From Chiloscyllium plagiosum (lineage: Eukaryota), in contig NW_025214402.1 of assembly GCF_004010195.1 (NCBI RefSeq), positions 1 through 39,119 of the forward strand: DNA of 39,119 nt. The letters run 5' to 3'. The notes beneath the pieces are model-generated. The model did no database searches and was not told where the DNA came from. It saw only the letters and a program-made list of their open reading frames with translations. The translations under genes were made by a program, and so were the position numbers. Below are positions 22,975 to 34,514 of this stretch, piece after piece. The number at the start of each line of letters is the position of its first letter. Positions within the stretch are counted from its first letter, which is position 1.

Positions 22975-23280
22975 AAAGAACCTCAGACAGCACCCTCCAA
23001 ACCCATAACCACTTCCATCCAGAAGAACAAGGGCAACAGACACATGGGAACACCACTACCTTCAAGTTCCCCTCCAAGCCACTCACTTTCTGACTTGGAA
23101 ATGTATTGCCATTCCTTTGATGTCACTGGATCAAAATCCTGGAATTCCCTCCCTAATGACATTGTGGGTCAACCCACAGAAGGTGGACTGCAGTGGTTCA
23201 AGAAGACAGCTCACTACCACCTTCTCAAGAGCAACTCGGGATGGGCAATAAATGCCGGCCACATCCCACAAACGAATAAA
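22975..23280 (+). mobile_element. CR1-clade LINE 3' end
   Basis: ..VTGSKSWNSLPNDIVG..GLQWFKKTAHYHLLK.. then GGGATGGGCAATAAATGCCGGC..CACATCCC..GAATAAA. Confidence 0.8.
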
Positions 23281-23789
23281 CTAAGTGTGTGTGTCAGTTA
23301 CTTTGAAAAAGAAAACCTTTTGTTGCTGACCTAAACTTGTTATGCCAATTTAAATGCTGTGGTATATTAGAAATTAATTATTTTCTTGTTTGTTGTTATT
23401 TAAGTTGAATTGATGGACAATGATCACTGAGGATATTGATGATTTCTTCCAGTTCTACTTCTTTGTGAGTCAAAGTACCACATGCATCAACATTAACAGT
23501 GGAAGTAACGTTACTACGTGCATCACCAAATAAAGTCGTTAGTGAGAATGAGAAAGGACCCCCTGAAAATCAGAACAAAATCCCTGAAAATTAAGAAGTA
23601 GCCCTTGATGCTAACAGAACAGGTTCAATTTCTGAACTGACTGAGGTTACAATGAAGGCCCTGTCTTCTCAACATTGTCCCTCACCTGAGGCATAGTGAT
23701 CTTCAGGTTAAACCACCGTCGGTCATCCTCTCTAAGGATAGAGTAGCCCTATGGCTTTCTAGGACTAAGATGACTTTAGTTTTAATCAG

Positions 23790-24180
23790 AAATCTATCAC
23801 CCTCTACCTACTTCAAATATACTCAAGGATTGAGCTTCCACTGTCCTCCGGAATTAGAGAATCGAGATTTCCAAAGATTCACAACCCTCTGAGTAAAAAA
23901 TGATTTCTGCTCATCTCAGTTCTCAATTACATCCATTTTTAAGTTTTCCCATGACTCTAGACTCCAACCAGAGAAAATTTTCATCTGCATCTACCTTGGT
24001 CCATCCCTTTAAGTATTTTGTAGGTTTCAGTGAGATCACCTCTCCTTCTTTGAAAGTCTAATGAATACAATTTCAGTTTGCTCAATGTCTCTTCATAGAA
24101 CAGTCCCTCTACCCAGGGATCAAGTCTGGTGTGCCATCATTGCACTCCCTCTATGGCAATAATATCTTTCCTGAGATATG
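23790..24180 (-). mobile_element. Degenerate CR1 3' fragment
   Basis: TTCCAAAGATTCACAACCCTCTGAGTAAAAAA and GAGATCACCTCTC, typical reverse CR1 motifs. Confidence 0.7.
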
Positions 24181-25742
24181 GAAAGCATCTTTATCGGGTC
24201 AGGATATCACAAACAGTTCAGGTGACGGACAACTGGAAGTACTCGGGGATGCCCTCACAAGAACGGGGTACGATGCCCAACTCATTGACCGCTAGTTCCG
24301 ATGTGCCACAGCAAAGAATTGTAATGACCTCCTCAGGAGACAGACACGTGCTGCAACTGACAGGGTACCCTTCATTGTTCAGTATTTCCCAGGAGCTGAA
24401 AAATTACGCCATGTTCTTCGTGACCTGCAATACATTATCACTGAGGATGAGCACCTCACCAAGACCTTCCCCAAACCTCCACTACTTGCCTTTAAACAAC
24501 CGCCAAACCTCAAACAGATCGTTGTTCGAAGCAAGCTGCCTGGCTCTCAAGAAAACTCCATGCAACCCTGTCACGGTAGGCACTGCAAGACGTGTCAGAG
24601 TGTGTACATAGATACCACTATTACGCGTGGAGACACCTCCCACCTTGTACATGGCAGATACTCATGTGACTCAGCCAACGTTGTCTATCTTATACGTTGT
24701 AGGCAAAGATGCCCGGAGGCATGGTACATTGGGGAAGCTGAGCAAAGGCTACGACAACGGATGAATGGGCACCGCACAACAATCAACAGACAGGAGGGTT
24801 CCCTCCCAGTTGGGGAACACTTCAGTGGTCCAAGACATTCAACCTCGGACCTTCGGGTGACCATCCTCCAAGGTGGACTTCAAGACAGGCAGCAGAGAAA
24901 AGTGGCCGAGCAGAGGCTGATAGCTAAGTTCGGTACCCATTGGGAGGGCCTCAACTGGGACCTTGGGTTCATGTCACATTACAGGTGACCACCATTGCAC
25001 TCCACAGGCACTCCTATACACACATACACACGGACACAAATACACACAGACGCGCACACAGACCACACACACCCTTACAGACACACACACTCCCACACTC
25101 ACAATGCACCCCCTCACAGACTTAAGACACTCTGAACTCACTACACACACACACATACACTTTCTCACACTCGCAACCCCCAACCCAGACAGACACACAC
25201 ACACAGACAAAGACCCACATGCACACATATATTTTGTGGGTGAATTTGTACTTGCAGAATTACATTGTACTTTGCTCAAAAACTGCATGCATTCATGTAG
25301 AACTCTGAGCTCAAAAACTGCATGAATTTATGTAAAACTCCGTGATCTCACTTTTTAGATTAGAATAAATCTAAACATCCTGGCAGAGACAGAGAACACA
25401 GGGGGCTAACACTTTCAATATATTGTCTAGCTATCACCATTGTTAACAGCTGACCCGAGAATGCAACTTTTAGAAAAAATGGTTTTGTGATTTACACATG
25501 AAAGAAGTGAAACTATCACTGTATTCTAACAGATGAAAGGCTTAACAGACAATCAATTTTTCAATGTATAATTTCAGTTACATCACACTGCAAATTTTTG
25601 CTATAAATTCTGTGGGTTAGGGTTGAGCCCTCCACTACCACCTGATGGAGCGTCGCTCCGAAAGCTTGTGTGCTTCCAATTAAACCTGTTGTGTGATTTT
25701 TAACTTTGTACACCCCAGTCCAACACTGGCATCTCCAAATCA
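24181..25742 (+). mobile_element. 5'-truncated Penelope-like retroelement: RT C-terminus, Cys linker, GIY-YIG endonuclease, CA-rich tail and hammerhead remnant
   Basis: ORF 24560-24988 PCHGRHCKTC..YSCDSANVVYLIRCRQRCPEAWYIGE..LRQRMNGHR..VGEHF..AEQRLIAKFGTH..GLN; CA-rich 25015-25230; hammerhead remnant 25639-25670. Confidence 0.92.
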
Positions 25743-25833
25743 GTTCATAACCAATGTAAGTAATTTTGTTAATTCTGACGTAGGGTACTAGAGTAGTGCT
25801 CATTACTTTTAGCTGAGAGAGCAATGGTCACAA

Positions 25834-25940
25834 ACAGGAAGTGCCTCACAAAATCTTCTGTTGTAAACAACAATGACAAAAGAAAGCAGCAGATGGATCG
25901 GTTTGTGACACACACTCACCACACACTCACTGACTGATAG
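25834..25940 (+). promoter_or_regulatory. Candidate proximal promoter motifs of the plus-strand gene
   Basis: ETS ACAGGAAGTG 25834-25843, forkhead TGTAAACA 25862-25869 and GATA TGATAG 25935-25940 within 130 bp of the ATG. Confidence 0.35.
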
Positions 25941-25961
25941 ATTTTGCCAAATGCCTGGACT

Positions 25962-26103
25962 ATGAGAGAAATCATCCTGTGCATCATTGTGACATTTGGT
26001 GCCATTGTGTGGAAAGTGCAACCTGGATTAGCACAGGATGGCGAGGTTCCTATGGAAACTGAGAACTGTACTGAGGGAACTGGAGCGCAATCATTGCCAG
26101 CAG
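25962..26103 (+). CDS. First coding exon (signal peptide) of a secreted or membrane glycoprotein, uromodulin-like 1 (UMODL1)-related
   Basis: ACT-ATG; MREIILCIIVTFGAIVWKVQPGLA/QDGEVPMETENCTEGTGAQSLPA (47 codons + 1 nt); donor CAG|GTAAAC, phase 1. Confidence 0.75.
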
Positions 26104-27504
26104 GTAAACTTCATTATTAAGATATAAGAGTTTTGTAATATTTGATAAAACCCATGTTTAAATAAACAACCTTGCTAGTCTTATATGCACAGCTGTGAGA
26201 TGGGCAACTGATAAACAGTCTTTAATCTGAATTCACTTAATGCATTATTGACATTGATCGGTTAAAGATCGAGAAACGAAAATTAAACTCAATAAATAGG
26301 ATAAGAATTAGAATGGCAACTCGCAAGCCATGCTGCTAATGAGATGTTTAGGAGATATGAAACACTCACCAGAAAATATTGGAGAAATTCAGCGGGTCTG
26401 GCAGCATTGTGGGCAGAGACACGGTTAAAGTCCAGTATTATTTCTTCGGAACAGTATCAGAATTATGTATCTGCTTTAGTCACAATGATTGTAAATTTTG
26501 GAATTTCTCGGAACATTTTATGATAGTTGGGATAATCCTTCCTGCTTCAAGTAAAAATCATCTTAATGCAACGCTAACATTGCCTTTACCATTTATGACA
26601 GTACCATTTTTATTTTTCAACTGTTTGTGAATTGTTCAAAGGCTCCCTGGATTCCCAGAGCTGCCTCACTCCACTGCTTCCTCTCTTTGTGCTGTTACTA
26701 GATGCTAGATTTGGGATAAGATGATTATATTTTGACAAACCACAGTTAAATTGTACTTGCTGTGGCCACTATACTAATAATGTTTGAATGCCCAAGGTTA
26801 AGAAAACACACCTTTTTATTAAAAAAAGGAGCTATGTGAAATTGGAGAAACTGGAAGTGATTTGTAGGGTGTGGAGTTTGTCCTGAGCTTTATTTTTGGA
26901 AAATATTAGGAAGGGTGACAACTTGAACAAGCTGGAGTATGGTCAGGTGGTTTTAACTGACATTCTAAATGAAAGCAGTTTTATTAATTCATTAATGTGC
27001 GATTTTACTTTTCATAAATAGCCTGTCATTTTATAACATAGAACATCCAGTAACTGATTGGCTCAATCGTGGCCTCAACCTACCATGTGAGCAAGTCTTG
27101 ATTTTGCTTTCCTGTTCAGTTTGCGCTGAGTTTCAACATAATTCACTTTCTTGTGATCCAAAGTTGTCTAAAGTTGTTTGAGGTATTTCTGAGCAACATA
27201 ATAAGAATTTGGCAATCAAGCAATAATCCACAAAGGGGCCATAGATATCTATCCATTAGAGAGAGAGGGAGAGATAATTGATAAAACATATCTTGAGGGA
27301 CATCCCACTACCAGCTTGTTTAAGACAAGAAGGCAGGCCTCCATGAGCTATCACAGGGGTTCATTCAGTCTGAAATGGACAACTGGGATGCCTTGTGTCA
27401 GAAAAGATTGGAAACCCAATAGATTTGTGGCTGCTTGCATGCTGACTGAGATTCAGTCAGTAGAGCTTTTGTTTTTGAATCTGGGGGGTTGTCAGTTCAA
27501 GTGA

Positions 27505-27826
27505 CACAGCAGGTTCTGAGCACAAACGTCAAGGCTGGTGCTCTGAGGGAATGCTGCACTGTCTAAAGTGCTGTCTTTTGGATAAGTTGTCAAACAACAG
27601 CTCTCTTAACTGTATGCAAAATACCAGTTGGCCCTATTTGGAAGCGGAGAAGTATTAGTCCTAGTCAATATTTATTCCTTACTAAAGTAGTATTCAATGG
27701 CTACCACAAAAATTAGCTCATGCATTTCTTATGTTACAGCAACAACTACACTAAAAGTAGTTTGTTTTCTGTAAAACACTTTGGCACATTCTGAGTTGTG
27801 AAAGATACGATATAATAGCAAGTCAT
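27505..27826 (+). mobile_element. Ancient DeuSINE (SacSINE1/AmnSINE1-like) remnant
   Basis: CTGAGGGAATGCTGCACTGTC..GTGCTGTCTTTTGGAT..CAATATTTATTCCT..ACTACACT..CTGTAAAACACTTTGG..GTGAAAG..TATAATAGCAAGTC matches the recalled Deu-domain SINE consensus. Confidence 0.7.
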
Positions 27827-28689
27827 TTTATTTGGTCTCCTGGGATCTCCCGATAAAAACACAGCCAACTAGAAAACAAACATTTGGGAAATTGAAGCAC
27901 GGGAAACTGAAGGTGGTGGTCTGGGTAATTATCAACCTAATCTTTTCAATTAGATGCATTCTATGAATTGAGGCTGGAACAGACCTTGACCCTCCAGTTC
28001 TGTTATGAATAGTCGGTTTCTTCACCCACAGTCTTTAATTGTAACAGGTGCCTTGAGAAGAACTTGAGTGATTTTCTTTTGCCAATGATATTTTGCTGTT
28101 TGATGTTCAACTCTTTAACCAGGGCTGTAGCATGAGAAAGGTAAGCACTGAGCAAAAAAGAAACAGGTATCAAGGTGCATCAGCTGCAGGTGATGTTTGA
28201 CCTGCAGAACAACAGCATCACATGACAGACAAACCAGAGTGTTTTTCTGTGGATTCCTAGGGAATAAGGTGGAGTAGATACTCTAACAGTTCCAAAACAC
28301 AGGGTGCCATATCATACTATGCTGCTTGCAGACTGTATTCTCTGGTTCATTAGGACCCTTTCTCCAAGTCCAAAACTAGACAGGCCAGACACTTATAACT
28401 CGGCTTCTGGTATTTGTTTAATTGATTAATGTGAATAAAAATCTTCAGTTAATTTGGTAATCAATTCCTCTACATTTCAAGACACAAAAATGTGAAATGA
28501 TGCATTTCCGGAAAAGAAAATTTTCACCATCAGTTTTGCTGTTTAGCAATTCCTGGTTAACCTTTCAAAGCTGGACAGGTGACAACTGTAACTGGACTCT
28601 GTACTGAACAGAGAGTTGCTCCACTATTAATATATGATCATACATTACTATTCTCACATTACAATATCTCGAATTGTGTTGATTGCTTA

Positions 28690-29000
28690 GGGAGGCTTTG
28701 GCCAAGTGATATTGTCACTGGGCAAGTAACCGAGAAGCCTATGTTAATACTCTGGTGACATGAGTGTGAATCCCAACATGGCAGATAGTGAAAGTTGAAC
28801 TCAATAAAAAAATTAGCTGCCCTAATGGTGACCATGTAACTATTATTATTGATGAGTTCTTCATGGGAGGAAATCTTCCATCTTTACCTGGTCTGTCCTG
28901 TATATGACTCCAAACCCAAAACAATGTGGTTGATTCTTAACTGTCTCTGGCCAATGTGGTTTGAGCAATAAATGTTGGCCTAGCCCATGAAGGAATAAGT
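28690..29000 (+). mobile_element. tRNA-derived SINE (family of 21259-21587)
   Basis: TCCCAACATGGCAGATAGTGAA..GGTGACCATG..GGAAATCTTCCATCTTTACCTGGTCTG..GCAATAAATGTTGGCCTAGCC. Confidence 0.75.
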
Positions 29001-29317
29001 GAATGGTAATCGTTCAAATACAGTCAATCGGTTTGTGCCAGTATTAATTCAGGCTCAGCACAAAAAAGTGAAATGACTCCACAAAGGCTGGTATCCATTC
29101 ACCAAGTTGCCTTTCATTTACATATGCATAGTTCAAGACTGACCCAGCTACCTCAGAGCCAGCTCCTAGAGTGAGCAGAACCCTTGACACTCCTGTTTAT
29201 ATCTGTCAGCCAGGACTCCCTCATTACACCAGATTAAGAGCCTCAATTGGGAAATTCATACTTTGTGAGATACACGTGGCTGACCTCATTCCAAACACTC
29301 CAGGAAGAATTTGTAGT

Positions 29318-29625
29318 TTTTTTATTCATTCATGGCGTGTCGGTTGTCCATCAAATATCTTTTGTCCATCAATTTCAGAAACTGTCTTCTTGAACCATTG
29401 TCATCCACGAAGGAGTGTTTGTGGGTCCATAAGGTTGATAAAGAAGGCATTCCAGGATTGTGACCCAGGAACAGTCAGGAAACAGTGATATCATTCCACA
29501 CCAGGATGATGTATAACCTGGAGGGGACATTGTAGATGGTGGTGTTCCCATGCATTTGCTGCCTTGAGCTTCAAGATGTGGAAGCTATTGATTTGGAAGG
29601 TGCTGTCAAATAATCCTAGTGACAT
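29318..29625 (-). mobile_element. CR1-clade LINE 3' end (family of 22975-23280)
   Basis: TTTATTCATTCATGG..CTTCTTGAACCA..TTCCAGGATTGTGACCCAG..GGTGGTGTTCCCATG..TTTGGAAGGTGCTGTC. Confidence 0.75.
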
Positions 29626-29654
29626 GCTTCTGAAACTTCTCACTTAGAATGAAT

Positions 29655-29730
29655 TACCTTGAAGCTCAGGTACCATCATTAGAGTGAGTTAAACTACCTT
29701 GAAGCTCAGGTACCATCATTAGAGTGAGTT
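29655..29730. repeat. Perfect 36-bp direct duplication (period 40)
   Basis: TACCTTGAAGCTCAGGTACCATCATTAGAGTGAGTT at 29655-29690 and 29695-29730. Confidence 0.9.
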
Positions 29731-30728
29731 TATTTTTCCTGCCGAATTTTAAATGAAATTTCACTCATAGGAAATGGGCATCATAGACCAGGCCTGTTTT
29801 CATTGCATGTCCCATGAGAAGATGGTGGTGTGCAGCCTTTTTAAATTGCTCAGGTCTATATTATTTTGGCACACCCACCATGCTACTGAGGAAGGGTTCT
29901 GTTTAGGAGATATTGTTGCAGAGACCAGGTGAGTTACTGCCTTGCATCTCATAAATAGTACACATTGCTGCTACTGTCCATCGGTTGTGGAGGGCATCAA
30001 TGTTTTGTGTGATAAACAGTCTACCAATCAAGCTGCAAACAAACAAAGTACTGTGGATACTGGAAATCTGAAACAAAAACAAAAATTGTTGGAGAAGCTG
30101 AACAGGTCAGTTAAAGTTTCATGTATGGGGACTCTTCATCAAAACGTAGGGTCTCGAGAAAGTTAATTAAATGGTAATAAAATAATGAGCTCTTCATTTC
30201 TGTGGAGAGGCGGATCTGTCCCAAGAACAGAGAACAGTTAATGGCCTCAGAATTGTGAAGAGTATCTAGAGGGTAAACTAGATTGAATAGTTTCGACTGA
30301 CAGGTGGGTCAATAAGCAGTGGATAGAACTTTAAGATAATTGTCAGTAGATCCTCAAGAATCTGTAACCAGATACCTTTGCACCTAAAATGGTGCCATAA
30401 GTGACAACTTGTAAACTTTTCACTGTACTCATGTGACTACATATGACAATAAAGCCAACTTATTAGAACAACAGAGAAGGTGAGACTTTTCTAAACACAG
30501 CAGTTGTTGTAATCTAGGATGCATTTTCCAAAAAGATGGTGCAAGCAGATTCAGATAATAATTTGCCAAAGTGAATCGGTTACGCTTGAAGAGGAAAATG
30601 CCAGCAAGATAAGAGTAAAGAGTGGGGGTTTTGTACAAAGTGAATAGATCCCATGAAGAATTAATGCAAGTGTGATGGAAAACTTGTGCTATAAAATTTT
30701 ATGAGAGGGTATTAAGTCTTGGCCTATG

Positions 30729-31041
30729 TTAGATTAGATTACTTACAGTGTGGAAACAGGCCCTTCTGCCCAACAAATCAACACCGACCCTCCGAAGAGC
30801 AACCCACCCAGACCCATTCCCCTACATTTACCCCTTCACCTAAAATTACGGGCAATTTAGCATGGCTAATTCACCTGACCTGCACATCTTTGGACTGTGG
30901 GAGGAAACCGGAGCACCCGGAGGAAACCCACGCAGACACGGGGAGAATGTGCAAACTCCACACAGACAGGCGCCTGAGGCTGGAATTGAATCTGGGACTC
31001 TGGTGCTGTGAGGCAGCAGTGCTAACCACTATGCCACCCTG
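30729..31041 (-). mobile_element. HE1 SINE
   Basis: TTAGATTAGATTAC tail plus reverse V-domain and head. Confidence 0.93.
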
Positions 31042-31584
31042 TTTATTTTGGTAAACAGAATTTACACTATTTCAAGGTGATATATTGTTAAATTTGGAGT
31101 CATAATGCAAATATATGTAGTAGTGGGTTACTTGCAACGCAAGTATACTTGATTCAGTGAGTTAACTGAGGGGAGATGAGCAAGAGATAAAATCTCTATG
31201 CACAGAAATATAAATCAATGACATGTCAAAAATAGTCTATTTTGCCCATCCAGTCCCTTATAATATTTACCCACAACGCACCAGAATCCAAATCTGATAA
31301 GTTAGCTCTGTTGCTATATCCCTTTATTTCCACTTCCTTCAAACGCCTATTGAAGCTATTCTGAAATGTTGGCTTAGAGTCTTAAGGAAGAAGCCATTCA
31401 GCCCATCAAGTTCATGGTGGCATGGTTCTAACTCGAGTATTGTATTGTATAGCCTCATAACAATTTAAAAAGTCTCCTGTTTATCCTCCTAAATTTTGGA
31501 AGACCTTCAAGAAAACCAATATTCCAAGGCAAGTATTTATTTTTGCTCAGGTATATAACATGTGTTTTTCCATTTCTTTTGCAG

Positions 31585-31800
31585 CCCTACAGAATGCCAG
31601 TATTTTCTCAGTGAACTCGGGGAATTGTATTAATCACTTCCCTATCAGCATGTTCCAGACCTACAGTGGAGAAACAGAGCAAGAATTATTCCCAGTGTAC
31701 CAGGACGACTGTGAATTGAACTCTCACTGCCAGGGATTGGAACTAGAACTCTGTTGTACAAATGGTGCCTTCAGCAAATGTGTCCGATTTCAGAGTCAAG
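31585..31800 (+). CDS. Coding exon 2: 6-Cys WAP (four-disulfide-core)-like module of the UMODL1-related protein
   Basis: Acceptor tttttccatttcttttgcAG; 216 nt, phase 1-1, open frame: (A)LQNASIFSVNSGNCINHFPISMFQTYSGETEQELFPVYQDDCELNSHCQGLELELCCTNGAFSKCVRFQSQ; donor AAG|GTGTGT. Confidence 0.85.
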
Positions 31801-34514
31801 GTGTGTGAGTTCTCTAGTATACAAGTCAAATGCAAAAGAAATTAAAACAAAGGGGCATGTGTTCATGTTCAACATCATACTTTATTCTTTTATTGGAAAT
31901 GCTTTTCCGATTTGCTAGCACAATTTTAGGATGCAAATAGTTAAAAATACGATTTCCAAAGTTCCAGGGTGATCCTTTCATTTGTGGATTCTGGATGTGA
32001 ATTCTACCTAAAATGATTGTAAACTCTACTGTGACATAAGCTTTTTCTTACTGTATGTAGAATTTTTCTTTCAGTTTTTTAGATTGCTTTACATCTGAGC
32101 AAGCACAGGTTTACAGCACAATGCTGCCTCCAGTCTGGCATTTAATTGGCATCCACTCACAGAGGCTGCTGTGGTCAGTGCAAACATTGTCACTGAATGT
32201 AGCTCTCAGGTTGGAGTTGAGGTATATTGATTAGATTAGAGTGAGAGTTACTCTGTATCTATCCAGATATATACCTGAATTTGCTTGCTTGATGTTAAAT
32301 ATTTTACATAGGAAAGTGTTTCATTTTACAGCTGTATTACCTCTGAAGTTGACAGGTACAAGTTTAGGAAAAAAGGTGTTAACTGCAAAGGTTAAGAGTG
32401 CAAGGTGTAAACTCCAGTGCACAGTGGAGAGTACATCATTGTTTTACTTAGTTCAATTCTATTCAATTTAATTTTATTCAATTCAGGAGAACAGGCCCTT
32501 TGGCCCACCAAGCCTGCGCAGATTCCTAATCCTTATTTAAACCTATTACTTATTGCCCATGCACAGTTTCTATCTCTCTATTTGCGTCCATTTGTGTCTA
32601 TCGAGATATGCCTTAAATGTTGCTAACGTGCCTGCTTCCATCACCTATTTTTGTTTACCAAATTATAAATAGTCAAACACGAGTTGAAGTTATTCCTATC
32701 TAGCTCTGAGCCAAGTGGTACAATGAGTAAGAATCCAAGACATGACATCCAATCCTATTTATCAACAATTGTATTGGCTTATGGTCTCCACAAATTTAGA
32801 ATGGATCTATTTCATAACTATTGGTGAAGCCATCAATTTTAATTACTTAGTATCCATAGATTTTTCTCTGCTTAACAAGGAAGATTACAAAATCCCAGGG
32901 ATAATGCTGAAATTTTGCACATAATGACGTTAAAAAATATTCCCTCTGGCCTTGAGCAATGTTAGAAAAGTCAGATTGTCCCTGCTGTTCTTTTGCTCCT
33001 TTCGACTCTGGTTGGACATCCTGTCCTGAAAGATTGATGTCCTAGAAATTGAATGAATATTACATACCGCTGCCAGGTGCCTCTTTTGCAGAGGAGATAG
33101 TTAAAATAGAGTTGGTGCCCAGCCCATCATTTTCCCGTTCTCACCCAAACCCAGCTCCATAATGTAAGGTGAGGGTTACCAAAATTGGCAGCCTCCCCAC
33201 CATAAGTAAATAAAGAACTAAGCATCAATTGAACTTGTTTAAAGCACAATTGACCCTAACATTACATTGTCAATGCCATAATATGATTGCATGGGCGTGA
33301 GCTGGCAGCCCTGTATTTACAAAAAAATGTTTTTCCAACGTTGGGAAGGAAAAAGAATTCTGGGGGTTTTTGGAGGTGCCCTTTGCATAATGTTCATGAA
33401 CGCCAGAAGATAGTAATCCACCTTCATCCTCCCCACCTGGACTTTTAAATGAACTCCACCCTGTCCTTCCCACCCTGACGTAACTAAGCTCTCCCTTTCA
33501 AACACTTACCTGGATCTGAGATTCCAATAGGTCTTCTTTCAGCCTGGGATTGGTTACAGCACCAGCGGTGTTCATCCCAGAGCTCTGATGTTGCTGACAT
33601 CTCCAGAGGGTGAGTGTTAACCCCACCGTAATGTGGAAGTCGAACTCTGCATGAATCTAGTCCACCTGCAGCACATCATGGCTGCAGGATATCCCTTTGC
33701 TGGAATCTGAGTTCCCTTCTGTGTGAGGCATGCTATCTACTATCAATACCAACCACCAACCACCAACCATCCCTGTTCTATGAATTCATGTCCCTTGTCT
33801 TAATGCTGTTACGTTAGAGAATTCATGAACTTTGGCCCAGCATCAATGATGCTACCTAGTGTGTGAATTTTAATGAAAGTTTGAGCAAATTTCATTTCCT
33901 CATTGTTTCACCTCTTGTCACTTTTGTTGGTACATGTTCTGAGGCACGGAGGCATTGGATAAATAATGGTGACTTGCCGTCATACAGATCTCATTTGCTG
34001 GGGAGATGTTAATTTAGACAGTAAGAAATTTGTCACTCCTGCAACATCAGTGAGGAAACATACTTACAAGAAGCTTGTTTTAGAATATCAATGTTGAATC
34101 CTTTGTATTGATATAGTGTTATCTCTCTAACCTCTGCTCCCTTCAAGCACAGCTCCATATTGTGAGTATATGGTCTCTGAGTTTATCTTATGGTCCTGTT
34201 TGAGCTGTGATAATTTACCAAGTGACCATCATAAGTGAGCTTTGACAGTGAGCGTTGATATTCATTCAAGAGTCAGTGCATCAAAGCTAAATTTGAATCT
34301 ATTTACATGAGGAGGTGATGGTAGGCAGGTTTTCTGGTATTAGTCACTTGACAGAGATCAGGAATGGAAATTTCAATCAATCTGTAGATGTATAATGAAT
34401 GGCTTTCTTCTGCATATTCTTTGATTGAAACTCAGCCTCCACAATCCAATGAATCTGATCCGTGAACCAGCTTTGGAACGGATGTGTCATTCACCGAAGT
34501 TTATTTTTACTCAG

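Noticed and set aside
24940..25325. His/Thr- and Val/Cys-rich ORFs (also 34425-34926)
   Set aside because: Translations of the CA/TG-rich Penelope tail
28123..28146. Possible 18-nt exon (AG|GGCTGTAGCATGAGAAAG|GTAAGC) in intron 1 of the plus gene
   Set aside because: Introduces TAG in the phase-1 frame; no other support
29034..29297. Possible short solo LTR (TG..CA, reverse TATA-like motif)
   Set aside because: No target-site duplication and uncertain termini
29655..29730. 36-bp direct repeat of CRISPR-like length
   Set aside because: Only two copies, 4-nt spacer, eukaryotic context and no cas genes
33503..33512. Perfect minus-strand donor CAG|GTAAGT
   Set aside because: Isolated motif with no convincing exon or partner gene
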